A stretch of DNA of 64,000 bases, from assembly GCA_037447605.1 (NCBI GenBank), contig CM074808.1:620001-684000 (forward strand), read 5' to 3'. Below the pieces are notes generated by a model, which made no database searches, was not told where the DNA came from, and saw only the letters and a list, made by a program, of their open reading frames with translations. Positions 29,111 through 45,357 of the stretch are shown piece after piece (the stretch's first letter is position 1; each line of letters begins with the position of its first letter). The translations under genes and the position numbers were made by a program. This DNA is from Zygnema circumcarinatum SAG 698-1b (Eukaryota; Plantae; Zygnematophyceae).

Positions 29111-30125
29111 AGGCGTGCCTGTAAGGGCTGGAGTGTGCGCGTAGAGAGGTCTTGGAACCGTAGTAGGGCTGGAGGGCCCGTAGGCCTTGTGGGCACACAC
29201 CATCCGATGGCTGAAGGAAGGGCCCCTCCCTCCCCCACTCCCTCCCTCCCTCCCTCCCTCCCTGCAGAGGAAAATCTGAAGAAATGGACTTGGCTTCAAA
29301 AAGAGGAGGAAGGCGATGAGTGACACCTATCTGTTGATGGGAAAATTATGCCTCTCTCCATCCATCCATGTCTGCATTTTGGGACCCAATTTGGGGCATG
29401 CCATGCCATGCCATGCCGTGCATGCACGGCATGGCGACTGTGTCCGATGCATGTGAAATTGACAATAAAATGTGAAGTTTTATTATGCATAGAAAACTCC
29501 GCTAGAAATGTGCTCCTCTGCTCCCTCGCCTCCTCGCTCTCTCCTTCAGTCGATTGTGGGCCGGCGTCGGGCGGAGGTGCACAAACGGTTTTACTTTGAT
29601 ACCCAAAAAAGACGTGACGCCGCAAAAGCAAAAAAGTTTGTCCACGTGGCGCCGTTTCAGTGGCCACCCACTTTTCGCTTTCAACTCTATTGGTTGAACT
29701 TTCCTTTCCAAAAAAAATAAACTCATATTTTAAAAAACTTATTGAGTTGACCGAGGACAAAAACCAAAAACCAGACCTGTTAGTTTGTGACACGTCAGCT
29801 CTCATTATATGTGCCCGTAAGGTTCAAAGTGCCACGTAGACGCATGCATGTGCGCGCACTGCGTGAAAAATTTAACGTGTGCGAATCGGCTGGCGTCACG
29901 TGTCACACTATCGTAAGTCGGTGCTTTCGCTCCGGCTGTCCACGTGGCGCAAGACGAGCCCTCCACGTTGCCAGCCTGCGGTGCCCTCGTGGTTTCGACT
30001 CAGACGAAGTACAGAAGCAGCGGCACGTCGTCGTCATCCAAGAGGGAAAGAGAGAGAGAGCGAGGAGGGAGCGAGAGAGGGGGATAAAGGGAGGGTGAGA
30101 GAGAGAGAGATAAGAGGTTATAGCT

Positions 30126-30498
30126 ATGGCGATAGCACCTTCGCCCCACCTGGTCCGCTCTTTTCCGCCTCCTCTCTTCCCCCCCCATGCCTGCTCCTTG
30201 CACTCTGCCGCTGCCGCTCCGCCTCTTTCGGGTCTTGGAGATAAATTAGGGTTAAGGGGCGGCTGTTTAGCTGGGTTTCGGAGGAGGACGAGGCATGGGA
30301 GTGTTTTGAAAGAGTGCGGGTCGGTGCAGGCGGTCGGAGAGGAGGGAGGAGGGAGGGGGGCGGCAGCCATGGCGGCTACTGCTGCGAGAGAGAGGGAGGG
30401 AAGGAGCGTTACTGTCCCGTTGCCTACGTCGGGGCCCAACGAGCCGCCGTCCTATGTTCGGCAAGCGGGTGGGTTTGCAGATCTTTGACTTTTCCCGC

Positions 30499-30577
<79 letters not shown>

Positions 30578-33500
30578 CTCTCTTTCTCTCTCCAGTCCTT
30601 TATTTTTTTCTAATAGGTTGTTTCAGGTTCTGTCAATGGTTTCCCTTTCACTTCCCCCTTCCTTTTATTTTTAATTCGGGAGATTCTTTAGGAGATGGAA
30701 CTTTGTGGTAGATAGGTAAATTTTTTGAAAAAGGCAATGCCAAGTTAAAATGGGAATCTCGACGGTCTCCAGATGTCAAGATTAACCCAATACCTATCCG
30801 TGTTCCCTATTCATAACCGAGCTTTTTATCATTTAATTTATTGTTCCATTTGTTCTCCCTTCCTTTCCCATATCTCTTCACATCCCTCTCCCTCTCCTTC
30901 CTCCCCCCTCCCTCCCTCCTCTCCTTCCTCCCTCCCTCCCTCCCTCCCTCCCTCCCTCCCTCCCTCCCTCCCTCCTCTCCTTCCTCCCTCCCTCCCTCCC
31001 TCCCTCCCTCCCTCCCTCCCTCCCTCCCTCCTCTCCTTCCTCCCTCCCTCCCTCCCTCCCTCCCTCCCTCCCTCCCACTCCCTCCCTCCCTCCCTCCCCC
31101 CCCTCCCTCCCTCCCTCCCTCCCTCCCTCCCTCCCTCCCTCCCCCCCCTCCCTCCCTCCCTCCCTCCCTCCCTCCCTCCCCTCCCTCCCTCCCTCCCTCC
31201 CTCCCCTCCCTCCCTCCCTCCCCTCCCTCCCTCCCTCCCTCCTCCCTCCCTCCCTCCTCCCTCCCTCCCTCCCTCCCCCACCTCCCTCCCTCCCTCCCTC
31301 CACTCCTCCCCTCCCTCCCTCCCTCCCTCCCTCCCTCCCTCCCTCCCTCCCTCCACCTCCCTCCCTCCTCCCTCCTCCCTCCCTCCCTCCCTCCCTCCCC
31401 TCCCTCCCTCCCTCCCTCCCTCCCTCCCTCCCTCCCTCCCTCCTCCCTCCCTCCCTCCCTCCCTCCCTCCACCTCCCCTCCCCTCCCTCCCACTCCCCCC
31501 TCCCTCCCTCCCTCCCTCCCTCCCTCCCTCCCTCCTCCCTCCCTCCCTCCCCTCCCTCCCTCCCTCCCTCCCTCCCTCCCTCCCTCCCTCCCCTCCCTCC
31601 CTCTCAGTCTCGGAGCAGCCCTGGAAGGGCGGGTTGGAGCCCTGCGGCGAGCAGGCGTACCCCCTCCCCCCCTCCGCCGTGCTCGGCGACCTCCCCCCGG
31701 AGCTCCTTGGGGGGTGCGCGTACCGCTGCGGGCCCGCCCGTGTGCGCGTAGGCGCGGATCTGTACGGACACTGGTTCGACGGCGACGGCATGGTCGGGCT
31801 GCGACCGATGCTGGATGACCCTCACAATGATGCGTGTGTGACTCATGATATGGTGTTGTGCTTGCTCATGCGAAGGAAATCACCTCTCCGTCCTCCCTCC
31901 TCCCCTCCCTCCCTCCCCCCCTCCTTCCCTGCCTTTCTCTCCCACTCCTTCACCCATCTCTCCCTTCCACTCTCCCTCCCTACTTCCCCCCTCCTCCCCC
32001 TCTCCTTTTCGCGTTCAAATGCATCCCTGCACGCTGACATGCAAATCATCTCCGCGACTCACACCCACACTTCTCCCTCTCCCTCTCCCTCTCCCTCTGC
32101 GGCTGGACCCCCCCCCTCCTCCCAGGTGTACGCCCTCTCCCTGGGCGGGCCCGAGGCCGGCGGGCAGTTGCAGTTCACGTGCCGGTTCGTCCGTACGGCG
32201 CGGCTGGGCGCACAGGAGAGGGCGGGGCCCACCCGGCTCGCAGGGAAGGGCGCGTGGACGATGCCGGGGGGCACCCTCAGGGGGCGACTCGGCCCGCCCA
32301 CCAACCCGAGCAACACAAGGTGGAGGAGGGATAAGAAGGAGAGAGCGAGGAATTCAACTTTTTTTTTTTTTTTTTTTTTTAAGATCAAAGGTTGAGAAGG
32401 TCATACTGATTTCACACGCTAAACGATTTATTTTTTTATATTTATATTGAAATGTATGTTTGTTTGTGGGTATGCAGCATCATTTCGTTTGGGGGGCGCG
32501 TGTATTCGCTCGCTGAGGGAGGGCCGCCGATGGAGGTCGACCCCATAACTTTGGAAACGAAAGGACCTCGCGATTTCGGGCTCGGCAGCTTCTTCTCGGC
32601 TCATCCCAAAATCGACCCCACTACAGGAGGTGACCTCGTCCTCTCTCATGGGATTCACCAGAGCGAGAGAGAGAGAGTGAGAGAGCGAGAGAGAGAGAGA
32701 GGGGGGATATAGAGAGAGAGTGGAGGGAGGGCAGGAGAGAGGGAGAGGGAGATATAGCACTCATTGTTCCGGCTTTTCAAGGTTTTCTTACATCACTTGA
32801 TTTTGAAACCGTAAACACAATAATAGGAGGTTGCTTTTTAACCGCTTTCTTGGTTTACGATATATTTTCTTAGCATAGTTTTTTTTCCGTTTTTTTTTTT
32901 AAGCAGTGCTGTACAACCAGGGCCTGGTCTCTTCCTCTTCGGGAGGTTTTGATCTCAAAGTTTTTTCCATCACGCCGGAGGAAGTTGTGAAACAGTCCGA
33001 CCCGATTGGTTTGAAGCACCTCTCATTTGTGCATGATGACGCCATAAGTCAAAATTACTTCATTATGGCGATCTCGCCATGGAACGCTGAACCCCTTGAC
33101 GCCCTCCTTGTAAGAAAGGCTTTATCAAATGACTTTATCGAATGGCTTTCTCAATCAAACATTGAATGTGAATGGAGAGAGTGAAGGAAGAGTGAGGGAG
33201 ACAGGAGAGACGAGAGAGAATGGGAGAGAGAGAGAGAATGGGAAGGAGAGAGAGAGAATGGAAGAGAGAGAGAGAGCAAACACAAGGTCTGTCCCTTGTT
33301 TGGTTAATCCATTATTTGTGTGAGTGCTTCTTGAATCTGATGAAAGGAAGTTTTTTTTTTCTTTTTTTTTTTTTTTTTGTTCCACCACAGACGCTGATTG
33401 GAGTGAAAAGTTTGGGCGCCAGCTTCAAGTACTACCCGGAACGGGGAACAAGATTTTTAATCCTCTCAAAAAAGGACCTCTCTCTCGTGAAGGATTTCAC

Positions 33501-34528
33501 TGTAGATGCGTTCTCCACTTATCATTTTTGCAATGCCTTTGAAGAGGACGGGAAGCTGCACGTTCTTGTCAATGTGCTTGTGAGTCGCACCGGGCCTCTT
33601 TTGTATTTATTTTTTCAAATTTGTATCTTATATCATCATGCAGTAAACTGTAAATCTGTAAACCACATTCCTTCAAAAACCGACAGGTTTGAGGCAACTC
33701 CTATTGTTGGTTCCTTGCTGGTTTCCCAAACCAATTTCTGTAATCTACCCCCCCCCCCTCTCTCTCTCTCTCTCTCCCTCTCTCCATCTCTCCCTCTCCC
33801 CCTCTCTCTCTCTCCCTCTTTCCCTCTCTCCCTCTCTCACTCTCTCTCTCTCTTCCTCTCTCTCTCTCCCCTCTCTCCCTCTCTCTCTCTCAATCCCTGG
33901 GGGGCTTCGTCTGAGGAGGAGGATGCAGGATGGCCCGCGGGAGTCTCTGGAAAAGCAGTTTTCTGACATGTACGGATCTGACTGGAAGACAGAAAACTTC
34001 AACACTATTCACGACTTCGTATTTGACATTGCCACGTGGCAGCTTCTCAGCAGGGGCCCCGCCATAGAGCCCAGTTCAGAGTCAGAGCCGCGCTATGGGA
34101 TGGAGTTCCCCCAACTGAACCCTAACTATGTGGGCCAAAAAAACCGCTTTACTTATGTTCTCGGCTTCCGTTCCGAAGAAATTGACAAGGAGTGGGAGCA
34201 GATTCATGGCGGAAAATGCCACGTGGCGCATGGAGATGCATACGGAGGGGTCCTGAATTGCATTCAAAAGTATGACCATGAAACCCAAAAGATTGAAACG
34301 TTTCAGCTGCCCGGGCAGTACCCGGGCGACTCGAATTTTATTCCCCGGGCAGACGCAAAAGACGAGGACGACGGTTTCCTAGTGACGTACTTTTACGAGC
34401 CGGCGCGGCACGCCTCCAACTTTGTCGTATTGGACACCAAAAAGTTTCGAGGGCCGCCCGTGGCCACGGTCAGGCTGCCCACGCATGTTCCGTACTATTT
34501 TCACGGTTGCTGGTCTCCTGCACCTTGA
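30126..34528 (+). CDS. Carotenoid cleavage oxygenase (RPE65/CCD family) with a probable plastid transit peptide
   Basis: Approximate exons: 30126-30468, 31608-31792, 32126-32318, 32478-32629, 32907-33108, 33391-33580, 33929-34528. GHWFDGDGM and [18 protein letters not shown] are present. All four Fe-binding His are present ([32 protein letters not shown]), plus MEFPQLNP and EDDGFL. Confidence 0.93.
30890..31605. repeat. Degenerate (CCCT)n tract, about 700 bp, at the 3' end of CCD intron 1
   Basis: Directly visible; it ends at the acceptor CTCTCAG at 31607. Confidence 0.95.
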
Positions 34529-35086
34529 GTCTCACACGTCCCTCCCTCCCCTTCCCCCTCTCCCTCTCCGTCTCCCTCTCTCGTCCCTTTTCCCACTCCC
34601 TCTCCCCTTCCCCTTTCCCTACCTCCCCCTCTCCCCCCTCCTCCCCCTCCCCACTCCCACTCCTTCGGCCTCTCCCTCTTCGTTTATGGGCCAACATGGC
34701 CTGTTCATAATTCAAAGTAACCCAATTTTGTCCGTTGGGCGCACTGCAACGTTTTGTTTCCTATATACGGAGTTGCTCAAACCATTGTTCGCCATTCTAA
34801 AACTTTTTGTAGTTGATGTTGCATAGACTGCTTGTATAGACATAAGAATTTAGGTACTGTTGGGTCCTCGAACTTCGGAACACGAAAAGGCAATGCGAAA
34901 CGTTGAATCCAGTCATTGCATTTGGCGGTGAATAATTTTCTAAATGCGAAGAAAGCCCATTTTGCTTTGAAGTGCCCATTTTTTATTCTCAAATTCTCTT
35001 CTACCTTTGGCTCACAAATGCCAATTCCGTGCAGTTCAGTTCAGTTCAAAAGTGTGAACCGTCGGAGTATTGGATCAAACATTGCA

Positions 35087-35550
35087 ATAGTTCCAACCAT
35101 TACCGGCTGACCAAAACAACCATTACCAATGGTCGCAACCATTGGATTCCAAAGTTTGCCAACCATGGGATTCCCATATTTGCGAACCATTGCCGGCTGA
35201 CTAAAACAACCATTGCCAATGGTCACAGCCATTGGATTTCAAAGTTTGCCAACCATTGGATTGCAATGTTTGCCAACCATTGCCGGCTGGACCAAACCAA
35301 CCATTGCCAGTGGTCGCAACCATTGGATTCTAACGTTTGCCAGCCATTGGATTCCCATGTTTGCCAATCATTGCCGGCTGAGCAAAACAACCATTGCCAA
35401 TGGTCGCAACCATTGGATTCCAAAGTTTGCCAACCATTGCCTGCTGACCAAAACAACCATTGCCAATGGTCGCAACCATTGGATGCAAATGGTAGCCAGC
35501 CATTCCAATGGTTGCGAACCGTCAACCGCCAACCATTGCTATCCAATGGT
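35087..35550. repeat. Higher-order tandem repeat (90-bp period) built from four 19-24 bp monomers sharing an AACCATTG core
   Basis: Monomers: A=AACCATTGCCGGCTGACCAAAAC, B=AACCATTGCCAATGGTCGC, C=AACCATTGGATTCCAAAGTTTGCC, D=AACCATTGGATTCCCATGTTTGCC. Order: ABCD-ABCD-ABCD-ABC-AB... Confidence 0.9.
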
Positions 35551-35710
35551 TGGCCACCGATCGTATGGTCCGACCTATGCAGGTTTTGAACGGCCTCCGT
35601 TCCCGTAACCGTGAACCTCACAGAACTACAGAAGGGTGCCGACCTGTGAGCCGTAAAACTGGAACTGGAACTGCCAGCACGGAACGGCCTGCACTTGGAG
35701 GCGCGCAACC

Positions 35711-35729
35711 AAACCCTAACCCTAAACCT
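35711..35729 (+). promoter_or_regulatory. Telo-box (AAACCCTAA) upstream of KRR1
   Basis: AAACCCTAACCCTAAACCT lies about 160 bp upstream of the KRR1 ATG. Telo-boxes are typical of plant ribosome-biogenesis gene promoters, but the motif is also common in introns here. Confidence 0.5.
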
Positions 35730-35886
35730 ATCCCACCCTCACCGTCTCTCTCGTTCACTCTCTCTCTTTGTACGCGCGCTCTCGCTGTCTCTGTCGCGCG
35801 GACTTAAGACGCAGCATACGCTGATCAGCAGCACCCGCCCCGCAATTGAAGCCCTAATTCTGCTGCGCAACCAGAGCAGCTCCAGC

Positions 35887-40178
<4,292 letters not shown>

Positions 40179-40764
40179 GCGGAAAGTGGACAAAGGTGGC
40201 ATTCTAATGATTGGGAGGTGTGCCATGTTCCATGTTGCCGGTTCACAGTTCACGAGCTTCGTGTTGAGTTGTGTGTATATTGGTTTGACCTTGGGTTTGC
40301 GTTAAGTTGGCGTACCGATTCCGAACCCATCATTTGTGCTTGTTACCTCAGATTGGGGAGGGAGCGGGGAGAGAGGGAGCGGGAAAGGGAAAGAAAGGGC
40401 AGGGAGGGAGAGGTATGGGACCACATTATGATGTTGAAGACGGACGCAAAGCTTCAACATGGAACCTCGAACACGCAACTAAATTCAAAGCGTGCGTAAT
40501 GGCTAAGCAGATGTGTCGACCAACGTTGAACATGCTGGTCAAAAAAGTTGAAGGGATGGAAATGGACTCTATTTACAATACAATAACTTTTATTCAACCC
40601 GAGCGAGGAAGGCTCGAATTCACTACTTGCACTGAGACTACGTTAAAATGTAGACATTGAAACCATTCCTTAAAATATGAATGAGTATTCTTCTTCCCGC
40701 ATTGTGATAACAAGGACACGATAATGATTCTGAATTGAAGGGAATTTCACAACGTTTGCGAGGT

Positions 40765-42198
40765 TTAAGTCGTGTACTTTTTGGACGACTCGCAACTCTC
40801 CATTGAGATCTTGCGGGAGAATACGTCCACATCCAATGTGCAAACAGTGGTGCGCTGTCACGCCACAAGCAGGAAACACTCTCAGCTTGGTGTTCGGGGT
40901 TTGGGATGTAGCGTTTAAGCAAACATGGGAGTTTTGGGAGACAAGGTGGATACCTGCGTCTTTGGAGAAGTGATGCCCCAAATCTTTATTTTGCCGGATA
41001 AGCTGATCTTTAGCTGCTCCAGAAAAGCCCCACACGTCATACAAGATGAATGTGTGTGAGAGAGAGAGAAAGCGAGAGAGAGAGAAAGCGAGAGAGAGAG
41101 AGAGAGGGAGGGGAAAGGGGGAGAGAGAGAGAGAGAGAAAGCGAGAGAGAGAGAGAGAGAGAGAGAGTAGTGGGGGCGAGGGAGAAGGGGGAAGGGAAAG
41201 GCGGGGAGAGAAAGGGCGGGGGACGAGGACGGAGGCGGGAGAGGACAAGGGAGAGGAGGGGGGGGGAAGTGAGTGGGGGAGGGGGAGAGATGGGACGGGG
41301 GAGGAAGGGATAGGGTGGTGGAGAGATAGGGGGGTTGAAAGGGGAGGGAAGGACAAGGGAGGAGTGAGAGAGAGAGAGAGAGTGAGAGAGAGAGAGAGCT
41401 ATCTTTAAGAAGCCCAAGCCCATAAACAAGGAAAGGCTAGTCAAAACACACCTGCAGAGGCACCGTCCCCATGCCGTAGCTTGCACTGAAAGAATCCTGC
41501 TCCTCCGTGGGCAACACTGTCAGAAAAGTGACATCTGTCGTCTTGCTCTCCGAGCTGCCTGCTCCCTCCGTGAATGACTCAATCTGCACACGATTTAAGA
41601 AAACCCAATTATTCCCCACATCCCCATTATTCCAACTGAAACCATAAAGCGTCTTTGGAGTAAAAAAAAAAATCACTCAGAATAAAAGACCCACCTTGGA
41701 GTTTCCGAGCTTCACTCCTTGGAAATAGAGCTCCACGGAAGTGTTGCCAAATGCCACTTTCACGCGATTCGGATTTTTGATTTCCATAGAGAAAGTGAAG
41801 GCTCCCTCCACTTGAACGGAAGCATTCGATGAAGTCAGGTTGAACATCTGTACCTGTTCGCTCGATAAAGTCACCTGGGGTGCCTGATTTCCCAGACCCA
41901 CCCACTGCTGTCAGAGCCCCTTCCTTGTAGACCCCATAACTTCCTCACTAACCGACTGTCTTTTATACTCCTTTAAACCACAAAATTTTGAAAAAGATTG
42001 AAAAAAATAGAAAAATGTTGGGATTGATTAGTGTACCTTTGGGAGAAGCACGAAGTAGAGAACTAGTACTGCGATTCCTGCTATTAAGGCCAAAACCACG
42101 AGGAAGCAGACGAGGCAGCACAGTATGGGGGAGGCGAGGCAGCACAGGCACGAGCCGAGGCAGCTGCAGCACCCGCACGCGCGGCTTCCAATTCCCAT
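40765..42198 (-). CDS. LEA_2 (NHL/LEA14-like) single-pass membrane protein with a Cys-rich N-terminus
   Basis: Approximate exons: 42198-42037 (MGIGSRACGCCSCLGSCLCCLASPILCCLVCFLVVLALIAGIAVLVLYFVLLPK), 41883-41695 (FTFSMEIKNPNRVKVAFGNTSVELYFQGVKLG; the NPN motif), 41583-41452, ~41013-40954 (LKISLSGKIKIWGI), ~40854-40765 (TVCTLDVDV...SCES..*). Confidence 0.85.
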
Positions 42199-43058
42199 GG
42201 CGGAAGTAAAAATAATACTAATAATAATAAAATGGAGGGTCTGAAAGGGGGGGACAATGGAGTAGAAAGGTTCAAGGGTTTAGGGTACAGGGAATTCCAA
42301 TAATGGAGACTAGAGGGAAGAAGGTGAGGCTTAAAGGGGGGAGTCAGAGGGACTCGCATTGAAAGAAGTTGAGAGAGGGAGGGAGGAGGGGAGAAGGTGG
42401 AAGGAGAGCAGAATTGAAGGGAATTAGATCATAGATAATTAGACGAGGGGGAATTTAAATTAGGTATATTCTAATTTCTCGTCATTTAATTCTGGATGTT
42501 CATTTTAAGACTCTCACCTCTCTCACTCTCTCTCTCTCTCTCTCAGACTCCTCCCAGCCCCCTTTGAACCCTCTTGCTCTTTAAAACTACCTACATAGTT
42601 GATGTATACTTATTCTATATGTTCCCCTTTAATTTTTCCTCGTCCAAGTTTAATTTCTTGAATGATAAAGTCTTGATTGGAGCAAGTCCAACAATGTTGA
42701 ATCCATTTAGAGAATTTCCTCATCAAGAAAATCCATAATCTGATAAAAATGATCCAATTAGTTTTCAAATAACCCTTTTAATCATTCGATCATATCAGAG
42801 AAAAATGGACCCACTCACCAGCTGCTGCAAACGATCGCTGTTGGAGAGAGAGGGACGCGCGAAATGGGAGAGAAAAGAGTGAGAGGGAGGGGGAGAGGGA
42901 GGGGGAGAGGGAGGGAGAGAGAGAGGGAGAGGGAGAGGGAAAGGGAGAGACCGACAACGAAGGAGAAAGAGGGAGACGATACCGACTGCGGAGCGCGCCG
43001 AAGGCGGCGAAGAGGGCGGTCGCCAACGGTCGCCCGCAGTCAACGGGCCACTGGACAC

Positions 43059-43152
43059 GCCACGTGGCATCCATTTTGTCACGTGGCCTCACTCCATTTG
43101 CATTGCCAATTGCCACGTTGGCGCCCTCTTTCCGGCGGCGCTGCCACGTGGC
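43059..43152. promoter_or_regulatory. G-box/ABRE cluster upstream of the LEA_2 gene
   Basis: GCCACGTGGC at 43059 and 43143, CACGTGGC at 43080, and GCCACGTTGGC at about 43112. Confidence 0.6.
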
Positions 43153-44945
43153 ACATTTCGTCCATTTCTGCCGGCGGCTGCCGGTTTGAGGTTATGCGCC
43201 TGCCGGCCGGCAGCGGCCGTCCTTAACAGCGCGGGGCCGCTTTGGGAAGGGGAGAGGGGATGCGCTCACACGTGCGGGGTCGGCCGTCGTTGTGCGAGTG
43301 GGCATGTGTGAATGGGTCGGATTTTAGCAAGTTGTTGTTGTAGGTCTTCGTGTGGCGGGTGGGACGGGAACAGAACAGTTACCGTTAGGAGGGCTCACAT
43401 GCGGGTGGTTCACATATGGGTGGTTCACATGTGAGTGGTTCCATGATAGTTCGGCACAGTTAGACAAACTGAGAACCATGAAATCATGTCGCTTGTGCAG
43501 GTCCGACCGTAGCGTGATACTGTACATAGAAACAGGCTGAAATTGCCGCGCTGGCTTTTGACCGGGCCAGATGTGACCGCCCCTTTTGACTTTATGTGGA
43601 CTGTACGGTACAACTCAGGCCGGCTAAACGGGCGAGGGATCGCCTTTTGTCCTTTCTGACAAGCTGATCTCCGATTCTATATTTGAACTCTAATGACGAA
43701 TTCACGGATGCCACGAGGGGAGCTGTCGAGGTGCTGAAGTTCCTATTCGCGTCATTGGAAATTGATACAAAATGTTATAGTTGGGCTTTGTCATTTTTCC
43801 ACTCTGGAAAGGGGAAATGGGCAAAGTTATTCTGTACGGTAGTTCATCGAAACTAGTACATGTTTCATGCCTTTTAAAGCTCAATAACTCATAGAAGAGA
43901 ATTAGTTTTGAACAATGCCAGAACCACTACGTTCCCTTTGAGGGGACCGTCCAGTCAGCGCGAAAAAAATTGACCAATCAGGAGCCGCGGTCCATCGCGA
44001 CAGCTGGTTATTACGAATTTCCGTGCATACTTTATTTTGTCTTATGTAAAAATACCGTCATATCGTCGGTATATCGGCAGAGACCGGCGAGCCGCCTCCC
44101 AAAGGCCGCTTTTCCGGTCAGATGACCCGCCGGCGACGGCGCTTGGCCGACAGAATATTATCGCGATATCGCCGGCCAAGCGCGAAAGCAAGCCGCAAAC
44201 GACAAGTTTTCCGCCTGTACGGTCATTTGTGTCATTTGTCTTCGGGACACCCGGCGCCTCCTGATTGGCTCACTTCGTTGACTTGACCTAATCCTCGTAA
44301 TGCTCGACCGTCACACTTCGAAGCTTCCACGAACCTTCTGCACTGCCCCCCCGACATTCCATTGACGAAATTCCCGATCTTCCCATTCCGTTATCGCGTT
44401 TGGGAATACCCTTCGCGCAGCATTTGCTCCGATACCGATTACCGCGCCAGGGGCGGTCCCTTCCCCCCCTCCGCCCGCGGACGGACCCGTATAAGGGGCC
44501 GGAGGGCCCCTGCGGCTGCACTGTGGGTGTGGAGGGAGCAGGCTTAGACTGAGGCTGACAATAGCTCAAAGCGCAAGTTTGTACTTAAGGTGAGGGCGGC
44601 GCCCTCTCTTCTTCTGTCTCAAAGAACATGAGACACGCGTAATTACATTTCAAAGTCCGCTTCTCAATTCATCGCATTCTTCTCTTCTTCTTCTCTAAAA
44701 AATCAGCGTCGATTGAAGCCCATCTCTATGAGTTTTAATGACTGGGTTTCCTGCACCAAGTCTTTCAAGAAGCTCTCTGAAAGTTGAGGGAAGAGGCTCC
44801 CCTTCCCTCCCTCCCTCTCACCACTCTCCCTCTCTCTCTCTCCCGTACTTTCTCTCCCCCTCCCACTCTCTCTCCCTCTCTCTCTCTCACTCTCTCTCCC
44901 GCTCTAACTCAGAGTTAATCCTGGTTCCTCGCCCTCCTCCAGGCC

Positions 44946-45308
44946 ATGGCTTCCTACTTGCGGTACGCCGTGCTACTGCTCTCCGCCATGGCTGCCATCT
45001 TCGGCCTCGTCCTCCTCGTGGGTCCCCCAAGAGACGCAATGCTGAGGGATGAAATGGGCTATTTTGATACTCCTTTCATGGCTGCCGTCCTCCCCATCCC
45101 TCAGCAGCAGCAGGCGGAGGAGGAGGAGGGGCAATCTGTGGGAGAGCAGCCATGGCTGCCTCCCCCTCCTCCCGGGGCGGAGCTTCAGGTCAAGCTCACA
45201 TCCTTGGTGGGGAAAGCTCTGAACGAGTTCTACGCTATAAGTGCCTCTTACTTTTTTACTCCCTGCCCTGGTAAGAATCTAAACACTCAAAACCTCTCCA
45301 TTTTTAGA

Positions 45309-45357
<49 letters not shown>

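Noticed and set aside
35087-35550. CRISPR-like repeat-spacer array
   Set aside because: The core is only 8 bp, the spacers recur periodically rather than being unique, there are no cas genes, and the context is eukaryotic.
34972-35608. ORFs encoding 30-aa repeats (NHCRLTKTTIANG...)
   Set aside because: A single-base insertion shifts the repeat register mid-ORF and several frames are open, as expected for non-coding repeats.
43395-43442. Three 15-bp tandem copies of CACATRYGRGTGGTT
   Set aside because: Short local duplication with no further support for function.
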